Shown here piece by piece: positions 10,052 to 19,774 of a stretch of DNA of 64,000 nucleotides. This DNA is from a virus (Duplodnaviria; Caudoviricetes), in the IMG/VR virus record IMGVR_UViG_3300034157_000065, positions 32,001-96,000 of that record. The stretch is one strand, 5' to 3'. A program made the position numbers and the translations under genes. The number at the start of each line of letters is the position of its first letter. Within the stretch, counting starts at the first letter, position 1. The notes below the pieces were generated by a model, which was not told the origin of the DNA, made no database searches, and was given only the letters and a program-made list of their open reading frames with translations.

Positions 10052-10906
10052 TCAAATCATTACCATGTCTAAGAACTCTATGTCCCTTTTATCAAAGTAG
10101 CCATCATCTTTAAAGTTTTCTGATAAAATGTTAGGTTTTATTTCTTTTATAAGATCATTTGAAATATACTGATTTTTATAATAACAGTGGACTTCAAGTG
10201 GATGGTCATCAAGATCAGTTACTACAATAGCAGGCACGATTCTTTCAGCCACTGGGTTTTTGATTAGTCTGACCCATATACCAAGTTCTTTGTAATAATG
10301 GAGTTCCATATAGCTCTGTTTTGTTTCATAGTTAAAAACATTATTACTACTGATAATATTTGAATTTTTACATTCGATAACGCTTGGTTTTGAATTATCG
10401 AAGTAGTAGACCAATTCATTATCAATATTTTTTACGAATGTTTTCTTGTTCGCAAAAAGCTTCTCTTTATCGTTTACAAAGCTTAAATGGACTGTCATAT
10501 CAGCATTGTCAACTGAATTGTCTAACAGTTCAATAATCGTAGCCTCATCTTCGCTGACGATAACAAACTCATTGTTGTACAAAAATTCTTTAAAATTGGT
10601 AAGATTGATGTCCATTAGATGTTCATATTTCTTTTCATTTTTTGGATAGCTATTGAATTTAGGAAAGGACTCAATCCAAGAATCAAATAGCGTCATGTTC
10701 ATCGGCGTTATAGGTGGCATATTTAGTATAGGTAATGAAAATGTTGATTTAGTTCTTGGCTGCACACCATTTTGGCTTACACTTTGACTTAAACTTTGTT
10801 TTGTATTATTCCAAAAATGTGAAGGTGTCGGCATCCCAAACAAAAGATCTTCGTCTCCCCAATTAAGGCCATGAATGAAATTTATTGTTATTTTATGTCT
10901 TGACAT
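10052..10906 (-). CDS. hypothetical protein, family A, C-terminal tag (DMVMI)
   Basis: GGAG RBS favours the MSRH start; same conserved C-terminal domain. Confidence 0.85.
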   Translation of the reverse strand: MSRHKITINFIHGLNWGDEDLLFGMPTPSHFWNNTKQSLSQSVSQNGVQPRTKSTFSLPILNMPPITPMNMTLFDSWIESFPKFNSYPKNEKKYEHLMDINLTNFKEFLYNNEFVIVSEDEATIIELLDNSVDNADMTVHLSFVNDKEKLFANKKTFVKNIDNELVYYFDNSKPSVIECKNSNIISSNNVFNYETKQSYMELHYYKELGIWVRLIKNPVAERIVPAIVVTDLDDHPLEVHCYYKNQYISNDLIKEIKPNILSENFKDDGYFDKRDIEFLDMVMI

Positions 10907-11000
10907 AATGTTCTCCAAAGACCTTATACCTTATCACAAATTTACTTAAAAATCCAGCTTTTTCTTTACCCTAAAAAGCATTAAAAAATAAAAAAAGATG

Positions 11001-11029
11001 TTGCCATTTTCAAAAAACATTGATAGAAT
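11001..11029 (+). promoter_or_regulatory. sigma70-type promoter upstream of ncRNA candidate
   Basis: TTGCCA-N17-TAGAAT with TG extension and A-rich UP region. Confidence 0.7.
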
Positions 11030-11035
11030 ACAAAC

Positions 11036-11160
11036 ACTTAAACAAAGGCAGTAAATAAAGGTTGAAAACACCGAAGGTCGTAAATGCTAGTCGCCACAAA
11101 CCAGCTTGTAGGCAAGCAGTTCAATAGAACACTTTACGGCATCTTGAACTATTTATTCAC
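11036..11160 (+). ncRNA. candidate structured small RNA
   Basis: No ORF/RBS; nested stems GTCGTAAA/TTTACGGC, TGCT/AGCA, GCC.ACAA/TTGT.GGC, GTTC/GAAC. Confidence 0.45.
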
Positions 11161-11202
11161 TTAATATTGGAGTATTTTAAGATGTAAATTTTAAAAATAA
11201 TA

Positions 11203-11231
11203 TTGACAACAAAGCATAATAGAGATAGAAT
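11203..11231 (+). promoter_or_regulatory. sigma70-type promoter
   Basis: TTGACA-N17-TAGAAT. Confidence 0.8.
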
Positions 11232-11275
11232 TAACCCGCAACAAACAAACTTAAATAGAATTGGAGATCTACAAC

Positions 11276-11395
11276 ATGGCACAAAGCGAAAAAGTAAAAC
11301 GTGAAATTGAACTGGCCCACCGTAAACGTGAGTCTGAAGTTGAAGCCCAAAAAGAACGTGACTGGTCACGTCATGAAAAGAATTCTCGCAAGTAA
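11276..11395 (+). CDS. 39-aa charged peptide MAQSEKVKREIELAHRKRESEVEAQKERDWSRHEKNSRK (not in ORF track)
   Basis: Own promoter, GGAG RBS, terminator at 11416-11441; paralog at 50654. Confidence 0.8.
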   Translation: MAQSEKVKREIELAHRKRESEVEAQKERDWSRHEKNSRK

Positions 11396-11462
11396 GTCTT
11401 GATTGAGACATAAACAAAAAACCCCTTCTTGGGGTTTTTTCTTTTTTACTCTATTTTTAAAA

Positions 11463-11882
11463 TTAGTGGTTGTTACTTGTTGTTACTATTTCAGTTTTTT
11501 CATAACCTAATGTTTTTCTGTATGCCTCTATGATCTCTTTTTCCAATTCTGCTTTCTTAATCTTTCCTATTGTTAATACACTTAACAACTCTCTTACATG
11601 ACTGGCGTCAAATTCATGTTTGACAAGAGCGTCCACAACATAATTTTTGATTTCATCATTTCTTAACATTTTTATTTTTTTCTTTTTTAATTCAACTACT
11701 TTTTTATATTTTCTTGCATTGTACTTCTTCTGACAAAAAGAACAAATGGTAGAAAGTATAATTAATCCCACAAATAAAGCGATGAATTCAGGTAACTTAT
11801 CTGGAGCGGCATGGTAAACTGTTGCAAAAGATAGAAAAAGAACCATAATAATTGCCATAACTGCGATAACCAAATGAAACAT
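11463..11882 (-). CDS. membrane protein with pilin-like hydrophobic N-terminus
   Basis: AGGAG RBS; MFHLVIAVMAII...ATVYH start and a second TM helix. Confidence 0.7.
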   Translation of the reverse strand: MFHLVIAVMAIIMVLFLSFATVYHAAPDKLPEFIALFVGLIILSTICSFCQKKYNARKYKKVVELKKKKIKMLRNDEIKNYVVDALVKHEFDASHVRELLSVLTIGKIKKAELEKEIIEAYRKTLGYEKTEIVTTSNNH

Positions 11883-12057
11883 TGTAAACTCCTTTTTAAT
11901 TATTGATTAAAAAAGCTTACCATTTAAAACAATCAATTCAAATTTTATTTATTATATTATAGTCTTTTTAGTTTTTTTGATTTTAATTTACGTTGAATAA
12001 ATTCAAATGTTTTAATTATATGGTATGATATAAATAAACAATAATAATTTATTAAAA

Positions 12058-13524
12058 ATGGATAGTTTTCAAAAACTTCATAATATAAAAGAAGCCTTCG
12101 ATGATAGACTTTATCAAACAGAAGACTTTAAAATCACAAAAGGATTACTTTATGATTTTGGTTCATATCTTGAACAAAACAAGGGCGTTTTGTATGGCTT
12201 ATTAGGAGCGTCAATTTTTAATATTGCTGCCAATGCTCTTCCAGTCAATAATACGGCTACTGCACCCACCTTTAATAATCCTGTTGTGATCGAACAAATG
12301 AAGAATAAACTTGATTCTAATTTGATTAATCGCCGTGGTATGGATGTTTATTCCAAAATAGAAAGTTTCAAAGCGGCTGCTCAATTGGGTAACACCATTC
12401 AGAATCATAAGTATATTGGACATGAAATTCATGAACTTAATGCGGATACCATTAAAGGCTTAAAAGATGATGTAGCTGGCACTGTCAAAGTGTTTGAAAA
12501 CCCATTCTGGAAAGGTAACTACATTGAAATAAATGTAACCAAAGACCAGTCCAACCAGTTTGTCTTTCCTAACCCTTATGCATTTGAAGCCACTTCAAAG
12601 AACTCATTATTGTTAGTTGATAACAGTGAACAAAAATTATATTACAATAATCAACAAGCCATTGAATATGCAAAATACAGTGGAACTACCAATATTGACT
12701 TGATGACTAAATATATTGTCTACCATGAGTCAGCACATGCTTCTTTTAGGCAAGCATTTAGGTTAGGTTCTGATATGGATCTTTTAAAAGGCGAAGTCCA
12801 TTCAGATATCACTGCATTAACCATGATTGGTGTTGAATCTAGAAGTTTAACTGAATTTAATGAAGCAGCAGATATGCTTATGCAATTAAGAGTTAAGTCC
12901 TTAGAAGCTGGTGATTATGGTCACAATGACTCTTATGCGATTAGTGAATTAAAGAAAGTTATCAATGAAAACCCTGATCTATTAAAGATGAAAGTTACTG
13001 ACATTGCAGAGTTCTCGTATATCTTAACAGATACTCTTTTCAAAGAAAATGTTAAACAAAATAATTTACAATTATTAGAGCGACTTGGTATTACGCTTGA
13101 TAGAAAAAGTATTTTCAATGATTTAAAAGCGAATAGAAATTTAGATTTATATGATTCAGTTGGTGTTAAATTGACCAATAACTATGGTTTCAGAAGTGAA
13201 ACTATTACCATGAGTGGAATTGATTCAAGAATTGAAAACTTTGCTAAAAAGATAGAAAAAGAAATGAAAGACCATATGCAGTTCGATGCTGTCAGTACGT
13301 TAATGTTTAGAGATAATGGTGGGGATGTTGGCAGAACGACGAAGGCTATTCACAACAATGTGAAAACCCATCCGATCATTTCACAAGCAGTGATTGATCC
13401 TATTAAACAAAAAGTGCATATAGATGGTTTAGAATACGATTTGTCAAAAGTGAACGATATTCGATTACAACAGATTGCAAAAGAATCTCAAACCTATATC
13501 AACAAACAAAACTACAAAATATAA
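12058..13524 (+). CDS. putative Zn metallopeptidase (HExxH) with extended N-terminal leader
   Basis: YHESAH plus downstream EVHSD; paralog of 47106..48785. Confidence 0.7.
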   Translation: MDSFQKLHNIKEAFDDRLYQTEDFKITKGLLYDFGSYLEQNKGVLYGLLGASIFNIAANALPVNNTATAPTFNNPVVIEQMKNKLDSNLINRRGMDVYSKIESFKAAAQLGNTIQNHKYIGHEIHELNADTIKGLKDDVAGTVKVFENPFWKGNYIEINVTKDQSNQFVFPNPYAFEATSKNSLLLVDNSEQKLYYNNQQAIEYAKYSGTTNIDLMTKYIVYHESAHASFRQAFRLGSDMDLLKGEVHSDITALTMIGVESRSLTEFNEAADMLMQLRVKSLEAGDYGHNDSYAISELKKVINENPDLLKMKVTDIAEFSYILTDTLFKENVKQNNLQLLERLGITLDRKSIFNDLKANRNLDLYDSVGVKLTNNYGFRSETITMSGIDSRIENFAKKIEKEMKDHMQFDAVSTLMFRDNGGDVGRTTKAIHNNVKTHPIISQAVIDPIKQKVHIDGLEYDLSKVNDIRLQQIAKESQTYINKQNYKI

Positions 13525-13546
13525 AAAAGGCACTAAGGTGCCTTTC
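13524..13546. terminator. bidirectional terminator
   Basis: AAAGGCAC-TAAG-GTGCCTTT. Confidence 0.8.
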
Positions 13547-13568
13547 TATCTCATTTAAACTCATCTGG

Positions 13569-14132
13569 TTATTGTTGGATTTGGATGTTTAAGTTAGTTC
13601 CCGCACTCCAACTATTCCACATGTCGCAAGTGCTTGTAAAACGATAAGAGATGAAGGTTGGGAATGCACTATTACTTTTTGTTCCTGTGTAGCTAGCACC
13701 ATTCCAATTCATAGATAAAGAAGGTGGTAAGCTATCGTATTGTCCGTTATTTAATAATTGAAAAGCATAAACACATGAACCGCCACTTGGATAACCATAG
13801 ACTTGTCCTACTGTTTCATTTACATCATTTATTTTAATACTGTTTTTATCAATTCCCCCATAATTACCGGCAATACCACCACAAATAGAGTTTATAGCAA
13901 ATCCTTTTAATTTACTAACACAGACAGCATAGTTTGGATGGAGGCCAACGGTTATATTATGAACAGATAATCCAGTATCTGGCTCCGGTTCTTCTGGAAC
14001 TGTTGGTGTTTCATCTGGATTATTAATAAAATTTATTGGTACATTTGTTTTGATAACTACTTCATATGCACTGAATGCGATTGTTGGACATGTTAATAGG
14101 AAAACCACTGTTGAAAGATGTTTTATGTTCAT
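13569..14132 (-). CDS. exported beta-rich protein with Pro/Glu linker
   Basis: Sec signal peptide (AFS|A), PTVPEEPEP linker, four Cys in the mature part. Confidence 0.75.
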   Translation of the reverse strand: MNIKHLSTVVFLLTCPTIAFSAYEVVIKTNVPINFINNPDETPTVPEEPEPDTGLSVHNITVGLHPNYAVCVSKLKGFAINSICGGIAGNYGGIDKNSIKINDVNETVGQVYGYPSGGSCVYAFQLLNNGQYDSLPPSLSMNWNGASYTGTKSNSAFPTFISYRFTSTCDMWNSWSAGTNLNIQIQQ

Positions 14133-14285
14133 TTTTTTTTATTTTATTATTGTTATCTTTATTTTAACATGCGGCCAAATAGTGTCAATTTAATCTATTA
14201 TTTCGTCTGTTTGTTCGAAAAAAAATTGTGATGGCTTATTTGTTGTGTTATCATTGGTCATCTTAAACAGAGCGGAGTTATCGAA

Positions 14286-14516
14286 ATGACCATTAACGTT
14301 AAAGACGAAGTTGTGATGAAAGCGAGTGTTATTAAACGCACTAATCATTCAGATTTTGCAAAACACTTCAAAGGTGTTGTTACGCAGATTGTTGGTAACA
14401 CTGCAGATGTTCAAACGGCTACGGGCATTCGTTCGGTTCCTGTTGCTAATCTTGCTATTGTTCGCAATGTATTTGATGCTCGGACCAACAAGTCATCTCG
14501 CCTTATTGTTGATTAA
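14286..14516 (+). CDS. small SH3-like protein
   Basis: GGAG RBS; short beta-strand pattern. Confidence 0.65.
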   Translation: MTINVKDEVVMKASVIKRTNHSDFAKHFKGVVTQIVGNTADVQTATGIRSVPVANLAIVRNVFDARTNKSSRLIVD

Positions 14517-15091
14517 TTTTCCTGTATATATAACATCCTTTTTCCAGACCATACATTTTTGTTGGCTAGTAGTCTAATAACCATGTATGTTTCTGGTTGA
14601 TCGTAAGATTCTGTTTTACGAGTTGTGTATTGTGGTTGTTTGTCACTGTCTAAATCAAAAGAAAAAGTGTCAATTTTTAGTCCTTGTGGAATTGAAATTC
14701 GTTCAATACCTTTTGACACATCATCTTTGGTAAATATGTTTTCTTCTGTATTCATTGAGTCTTGTTGAAATCCTTTTTCGTTAAAGCACGCAATTAAAGT
14801 GATATCTTGGTCAGTCTTATTTTTCTTGGAAAGACAAATCTGTTCATACACATCAGTGATAGCTCTATCTCTTGTACTGATCGATGGACTGTACATTTTT
14901 GTGTTTAAACTGACATTAATAGTTTTCTTGTTTTCAGGTATTTCGATAGCGGTTGATCCTGATTCCAATGAATAGATTTTATACTCTGGTTCAACATTCT
15001 TTTCATTATCTTTTGAATCCTTATGCGTTGTACAGGCTGATACCAGCACCACGACTGCACTCAGTAAGATAAGTTTATTCATTTTCATCAT
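14513..15091 (-). CDS. lipoprotein
   Basis: Lipobox LVSAC after a hydrophobic stretch; GAGG RBS. Confidence 0.75.
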   Translation of the reverse strand: MMKMNKLILLSAVVVLVSACTTHKDSKDNEKNVEPEYKIYSLESGSTAIEIPENKKTINVSLNTKMYSPSISTRDRAITDVYEQICLSKKNKTDQDITLIACFNEKGFQQDSMNTEENIFTKDDVSKGIERISIPQGLKIDTFSFDLDSDKQPQYTTRKTESYDQPETYMVIRLLANKNVWSGKRMLYIQEN

Positions 15092-15223
15092 TTAGACCTC
15101 TTTATGCTTAATTTTGCAAGTTATCATATCAATTTTTTCTTTTAAGTCAATGATAAAGTGATTGATGGTATAGCAGTATTGTGCTATAATTTATCTTCAT
15201 AAATAGCACTCATCGGAGTTCAC

Positions 15224-15718
15224 ATGTTTAAACCTCTCGTTATTTTTGTTGCAATGCTTTTTTCTGCCATCGTATCGGCAGCCAGTATTCCAATGAACAA
15301 GGTGTCCTTTAATGGGATTGACTTTTCAATGGGAAAAAGTGCTCTGACCGCCCGTGGTTATTCCTGCATGGGTGAAGAATGCCATAAAGATGACCTTTCT
15401 GTTACTTTTGAGCATGAAAAAATGAAACGAATGGTCAGCAACGTTGAATATCGTTTAGAGTTGGATTGTGAAAAAATGATTGTAGGCATCAACGATTCTA
15501 TTTTCAAACGTTATCTAGTCGAACAGAATTATAATCCTACAGGGCCGGGGCGTGCTGACCCTAGTAAGACATCTCGTATCATCAACAGTGATGGTGGTAA
15601 AATTACAATGAATGTTGAGTGTTCAGTTGGAAAACGCTATGCGGGTGTATCTACCATTACTACTGAGATGTATTTCACAGACCTTCCAGTCAATATCTTT
15701 GCCGCTTCGCTTAAATAA
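15224..15718 (+). CDS. exported protein
   Basis: Signal peptide (VSA|A); distant similarity to 24459 and 60977. Confidence 0.75.
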   Translation: MFKPLVIFVAMLFSAIVSAASIPMNKVSFNGIDFSMGKSALTARGYSCMGEECHKDDLSVTFEHEKMKRMVSNVEYRLELDCEKMIVGINDSIFKRYLVEQNYNPTGPGRADPSKTSRIINSDGGKITMNVECSVGKRYAGVSTITTEMYFTDLPVNIFAASLK

Positions 15719-15720
15719 GG

Positions 15721-16224
15721 ATGGATATTATGGATAACATCAGTGTACGGAAGTCTCCTAAATTTAATCGTTTACTTTTTGGTGATGATAACGTGCTTAT
15801 TTTGAGTAATAAGCATATGCAAGTTCATACTGATGTTTATCCATTGCTTGAAGAAGCCTTTTCCATGTTTACACCTACAAAAGAAACCATTCAGAAAACT
15901 GTGGTTACGTTTGATCGTATCATAGGCTCCACTATTTGCGTTAAAACAACGCCAGAAGATGAAATTGTGTATGCAAAGAGGAAGGGACGTAAATGGAAGT
16001 CTAGAATGGTTAAAAACAGAACCCCTACGCCTTCTGATGAGTTGACCTTTGTTGTTAAACGATGTAAGAATAACATTTACCGCTTATTGACCGCTTATGT
16101 AGGTGGACAATCAGAACGTGAACCCGATGATACCAATATTCGCACAGATGAAGAATATGATCGATGTGTTGAATTTTGGAGCAATCATGCACTTCTTTAC
16201 ATTGAAGAAGACATTGCTCATTAA
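15721..16224 (+). CDS. conserved-looking hypothetical protein
   Basis: Motifs YAKRKGR..SR.V, LLTAYVG...REP.D, FWSNHAL. Confidence 0.75.
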   Translation: MDIMDNISVRKSPKFNRLLFGDDNVLILSNKHMQVHTDVYPLLEEAFSMFTPTKETIQKTVVTFDRIIGSTICVKTTPEDEIVYAKRKGRKWKSRMVKNRTPTPSDELTFVVKRCKNNIYRLLTAYVGGQSEREPDDTNIRTDEEYDRCVEFWSNHALLYIEEDIAH

Positions 16225-16288
16225 TTGATACTTAATTTTAAATACAAAAAAGACCTTTTTCAAGGTCTTTTTATTTTTTATCTATCTT

Positions 16289-18652
16289 TTACAAACCTTT
16301 ACATACGGCACTACTTAATGGACCTGCACCTGCTTGTTTTGTGTATAGATACCCATCAGAAGCTCTTAATGATGTTACGTTTTTTGCTGTAATTAATGCA
16401 GTTGTTGGATTTCCACCATATGACTGTGTTATTACAACAGCTCCGTTCCAAATTACTCTTATTAGTGGGTTAGGTGCCACTGTCCATGAATTACTTGAAC
16501 TGTATGCTTGACAAGTATAAGCTGTTCCTATTACATTTTGGGTTGGTGTTGTGTTTATAGGTGAGCTTTCTAATATTTGGGCACCATTATTTCTAATAGC
16601 ACTAGTGCCTGTTTCTATTTGTCTTTCTTGTCTATATCTTGTATTAGGTTGCGAACAACTTCTACTTTGCGTAAATGAACTACCAGCAGGTTGGCTTGCT
16701 ACAGTTGGTGACCATGCTGAACATGTTACTGAACCCAATACCCATGATGTATATGTTGGTGTTGTCGCTATCCAGTTTTCAACCTGAACGTTTATTGTTT
16801 TAGACACAGTTGTTCCAGCAATACTTGATCCTGTTACAGTGTAGGTAAATGTTCCAGCGGCTGTTGGATTGATAGCTAATGAATTAGCTGCAGCAACGAC
16901 CATACCAGATGTCGATACGCCTGAACCATTGTTGTTTGATGAAACAGTGTAACTGACAATATCATTACCTGTCCAGCTAAGTGTGAAAGATGTGTTGATG
17001 TTCACAACAGATGGAGCTGTTAAGTTACCCATTACTGGATTGCTTGCTACGTTAACTGTTACTGCTCTTACTGGACTGTATCTTGTTACACCGTTAACTG
17101 TTTTAGTAGCCGCCATGTAATAGCTGTAACTGCCTATTCCCATTGGAGCATTTGATGGGTGTGAAGCTACTGCATCATTTGCACTTGTTCTTGGTTGAGC
17201 AACTGCACCAGTACTTGCACCTGAACCCACAAAGGACAATGCAGCGTTAGGAGCTACCGTCACCGCTGCTTGCCCGTTTACAGTAAAGCTACCTAATGTT
17301 GGGTCAGCTTCAACAGCAACTGTTGTTGTCTTAACCAATTCTTTGTTAACAAGGTTAGTGCCTGTAATCGTATATTCAAAACTACCAGTGGCTGTTGGTG
17401 TAACAGTATACGTTGTTGCCGTTCCGACATCTTGTGAACCACTCACACCAGATTCTGAACCATTTGATGACAACTTGTAGTTGGATATGTTACTACCTGA
17501 CCAGTTGAAAACAACAGGAGCATTGGTGAAGCTACTGACTGGACCCGAGAAGGATGGTAATGCACCTGCACCGACTACGTTAACACTGATTGTTTTATCA
17601 ATTGTTTTTCCAGCCCCATTAGTGCCAACTAACACATAGTTTTGGGAACCTGTTGTATCAGCAACCGCCGTGTGATGACCATTAGCAACTGTTGTTCCAT
17701 TCAATGAGTAACTTTCGTTGTTAGAACCAGTCCATGTGAAATCTAATGCGGCATTCTGTTCAACCGTTATCGCTGCATCGCTGTTGTTTATTTTATAAGA
17801 AGCAATGGTTGGAAGACCATAAACAGTTACGTTGATTGGACTACTTGTATCTTCAAGACCACTTAAACTGGTTGTTTTCAATGTGTAGTCGAAACTCCCT
17901 ACACTTCCAACTGTTACTGTTTTAGAAGTGTCTGTTGTATTGACTGCACCAAACGGACTTAACTCTAAACCTTCACTGTCATTGACCGACCAATTAAATG
18001 TTACGTTGTCGCCAATAGTTACCTTCGTCTTGTCACTTGTAAAGCTGTTTACTTTTGAAGTGTTAACCACGTCAATTGACAGCATTCTGTTCGTGTTGTT
18101 TTCGTTGTTGTAACCTGTTACAGACATTTTGTAAGTTGTATCTTGGGTTGGAACAACTGAGAAGTTGCCAGACAGGCTTACGTTACCAATGGCATTATCT
18201 ATGCTTACCGCTTCGGCATCAGTCACATTCCAATTCAGTTTGACTGGTTGACCAAATCCTACTTTCAATTTATCAGCATTGAAACTGACAACAGGCGTTG
18301 GTTGTATTACTGTAAGTTTTAAAGTCTTTTCTTCTATTTTTTTCTCGTTGTCCAAAGTAATAATATAATCAGTGGTTACTAATGGGGATAATGGATATGA
18401 ACCAAATGAAGAAGACTCATCAAAGTTCTTATCAGATGAAATTACTTTTAAACTTTTAATATAGTTATAATTCCAGTTTAATGCAGTAGATTCACCACGA
18501 TTAATCGTAGCAGGTGCAAAGTCTATTGTTCCTGTAATTTCATCTGGCGTGTCAATATTCATGTGTTGTGGATCTAATGGCATTCTTACCATGTAACCGG
18601 CAGAGGCTATTGAAACTGTCAAGACTGACAGTAATATTATTTTCTTATTCAT
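16289..18652 (-). CDS. exported Ig/PKD-like repeat protein, putative adhesin or surface/virion protein (787 aa)
   Basis: Signal peptide MNKKIILLSVLTVSIASA|G; repeated ~80-90 aa Thr/Ser/Val-rich units (L.W...Y.L...); Cys/Trp module near the C-terminus. Confidence 0.8.
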   Translation of the reverse strand: MNKKIILLSVLTVSIASAGYMVRMPLDPQHMNIDTPDEITGTIDFAPATINRGESTALNWNYNYIKSLKVISSDKNFDESSSFGSYPLSPLVTTDYIITLDNEKKIEEKTLKLTVIQPTPVVSFNADKLKVGFGQPVKLNWNVTDAEAVSIDNAIGNVSLSGNFSVVPTQDTTYKMSVTGYNNENNTNRMLSIDVVNTSKVNSFTSDKTKVTIGDNVTFNWSVNDSEGLELSPFGAVNTTDTSKTVTVGSVGSFDYTLKTTSLSGLEDTSSPINVTVYGLPTIASYKINNSDAAITVEQNAALDFTWTGSNNESYSLNGTTVANGHHTAVADTTGSQNYVLVGTNGAGKTIDKTISVNVVGAGALPSFSGPVSSFTNAPVVFNWSGSNISNYKLSSNGSESGVSGSQDVGTATTYTVTPTATGSFEYTITGTNLVNKELVKTTTVAVEADPTLGSFTVNGQAAVTVAPNAALSFVGSGASTGAVAQPRTSANDAVASHPSNAPMGIGSYSYYMAATKTVNGVTRYSPVRAVTVNVASNPVMGNLTAPSVVNINTSFTLSWTGNDIVSYTVSSNNNGSGVSTSGMVVAAANSLAINPTAAGTFTYTVTGSSIAGTTVSKTINVQVENWIATTPTYTSWVLGSVTCSAWSPTVASQPAGSSFTQSRSCSQPNTRYRQERQIETGTSAIRNNGAQILESSPINTTPTQNVIGTAYTCQAYSSSNSWTVAPNPLIRVIWNGAVVITQSYGGNPTTALITAKNVTSLRASDGYLYTKQAGAGPLSSAVCKGL

Positions 18653-18860
18653 ATCTCTATAGATGTTGTTTTTATAATAATATTATACCACAATTTAGCT
18701 AAAAAACAATTTTCTTTCACGAAAATTTCACATTTTTTTTACATTATTTTTACATTATGTACATCATTAATAATTGTTTTCTATTCCATCCTATTTTTAC
18801 CATCCATTATTGTTTAAATTATGGTCAATATTAAATTAAAAATATATTTTAATATTATTA

Positions 18861-19055
18861 TCCTGTTACTTTGAGTTACGACGAGTAAAACTCTCGATAA
18901 TGTGTTACTTTGCCATAAAAAGACCTAAAATAGTGTTACATGTCTGAATTGTGTAACTATATGACACATTTTGGTAGTTGATTTCCCTGAAATACTTGAT
19001 ATAATGTGGTTACAAATTAGCGAATTTCTAATTTATCTCAAAAAATGTAACTATT
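18861..19055. repeat. cluster of GTTAC/GTAAC motifs around a promoter
   Basis: GTTAC at 18865, 18875, 18904, 18935, 19009; GTAAC at 18953, 19047; TATAAT at 19000. Confidence 0.55.
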
Positions 19056-19132
19056 TAATATAATTTATTGAGCTGTTGGTATAACCATAGCTCTGCTTGA
19101 TTAACTAAACTAAAAAATAAAGGTGATATAAA

Positions 19133-19384
19133 ATGTTCTTAAATACTATCAGTATAACTAAACAACTTTTGAAGACTGGCCGTCTTGAAATGAACTACAA
19201 CGAAAAGAATTTTCGTAAAAAGTACGAACTTGGTTTCTGGGAAGTTTATCAAGATGTTCATTCAGTCTCAAAAAACATTATCAGTGGTCCATACAGAGTC
19301 TTCAGACCTATTTACAAAACTGGAACGCTTGATAAGTTGAATTCAAAACTTGAAAAATTGACAGCTCAATCTTCTCTTTATTGA
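19133..19384 (+). CDS. small basic hypothetical protein (83 aa)
   Basis: AAGGTG RBS; terminator at about 19411-19437. Confidence 0.7.
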   Translation: MFLNTISITKQLLKTGRLEMNYNEKNFRKKYELGFWEVYQDVHSVSKNIISGPYRVFRPIYKTGTLDKLNSKLEKLTAQSSLY

Positions 19385-19503
19385 GATTATTGTTCTTTTA
19401 TTGTATGACAAAAGCCCCTTTTCGAAGGGTTTTTTTGTTGACTTAAAAACAAATAAATGATATTATAATGCCTCTTAATAAGTCAACAACTCAATAAGGA
19501 AGC

Positions 19504-19713
19504 ATGATGAAAATTAAAGAAAATTACAAAGTGTTAGGTGATGATTGGTGGAAAGTTCCGAATGGCGAATTTGTCATCACCACTGATACTCTTATTGTTA
19601 CCGATGTCACCGAAGAAAAAACAATCTTTGATGTCCATCGTAATGGTGCCGTCATTGGAGAACTTCGTGTTCATCATGCTTTTGTTAAAGAAGACTTTGA
19701 AAAAATTGCATAA
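19504..19713 (+). CDS. hypothetical protein (69 aa)
   Basis: TAAGGA RBS, own promoter. Confidence 0.7.
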   Translation: MMKIKENYKVLGDDWWKVPNGEFVITTDTLIVTDVTEEKTIFDVHRNGAVIGELRVHHAFVKEDFEKIA

Positions 19714-19774
19714 AAATTTTGTAAATTATAATAAAAAAGAGACTCCAAAGAGTCTCTTTTTTGTTTTCTAACTA

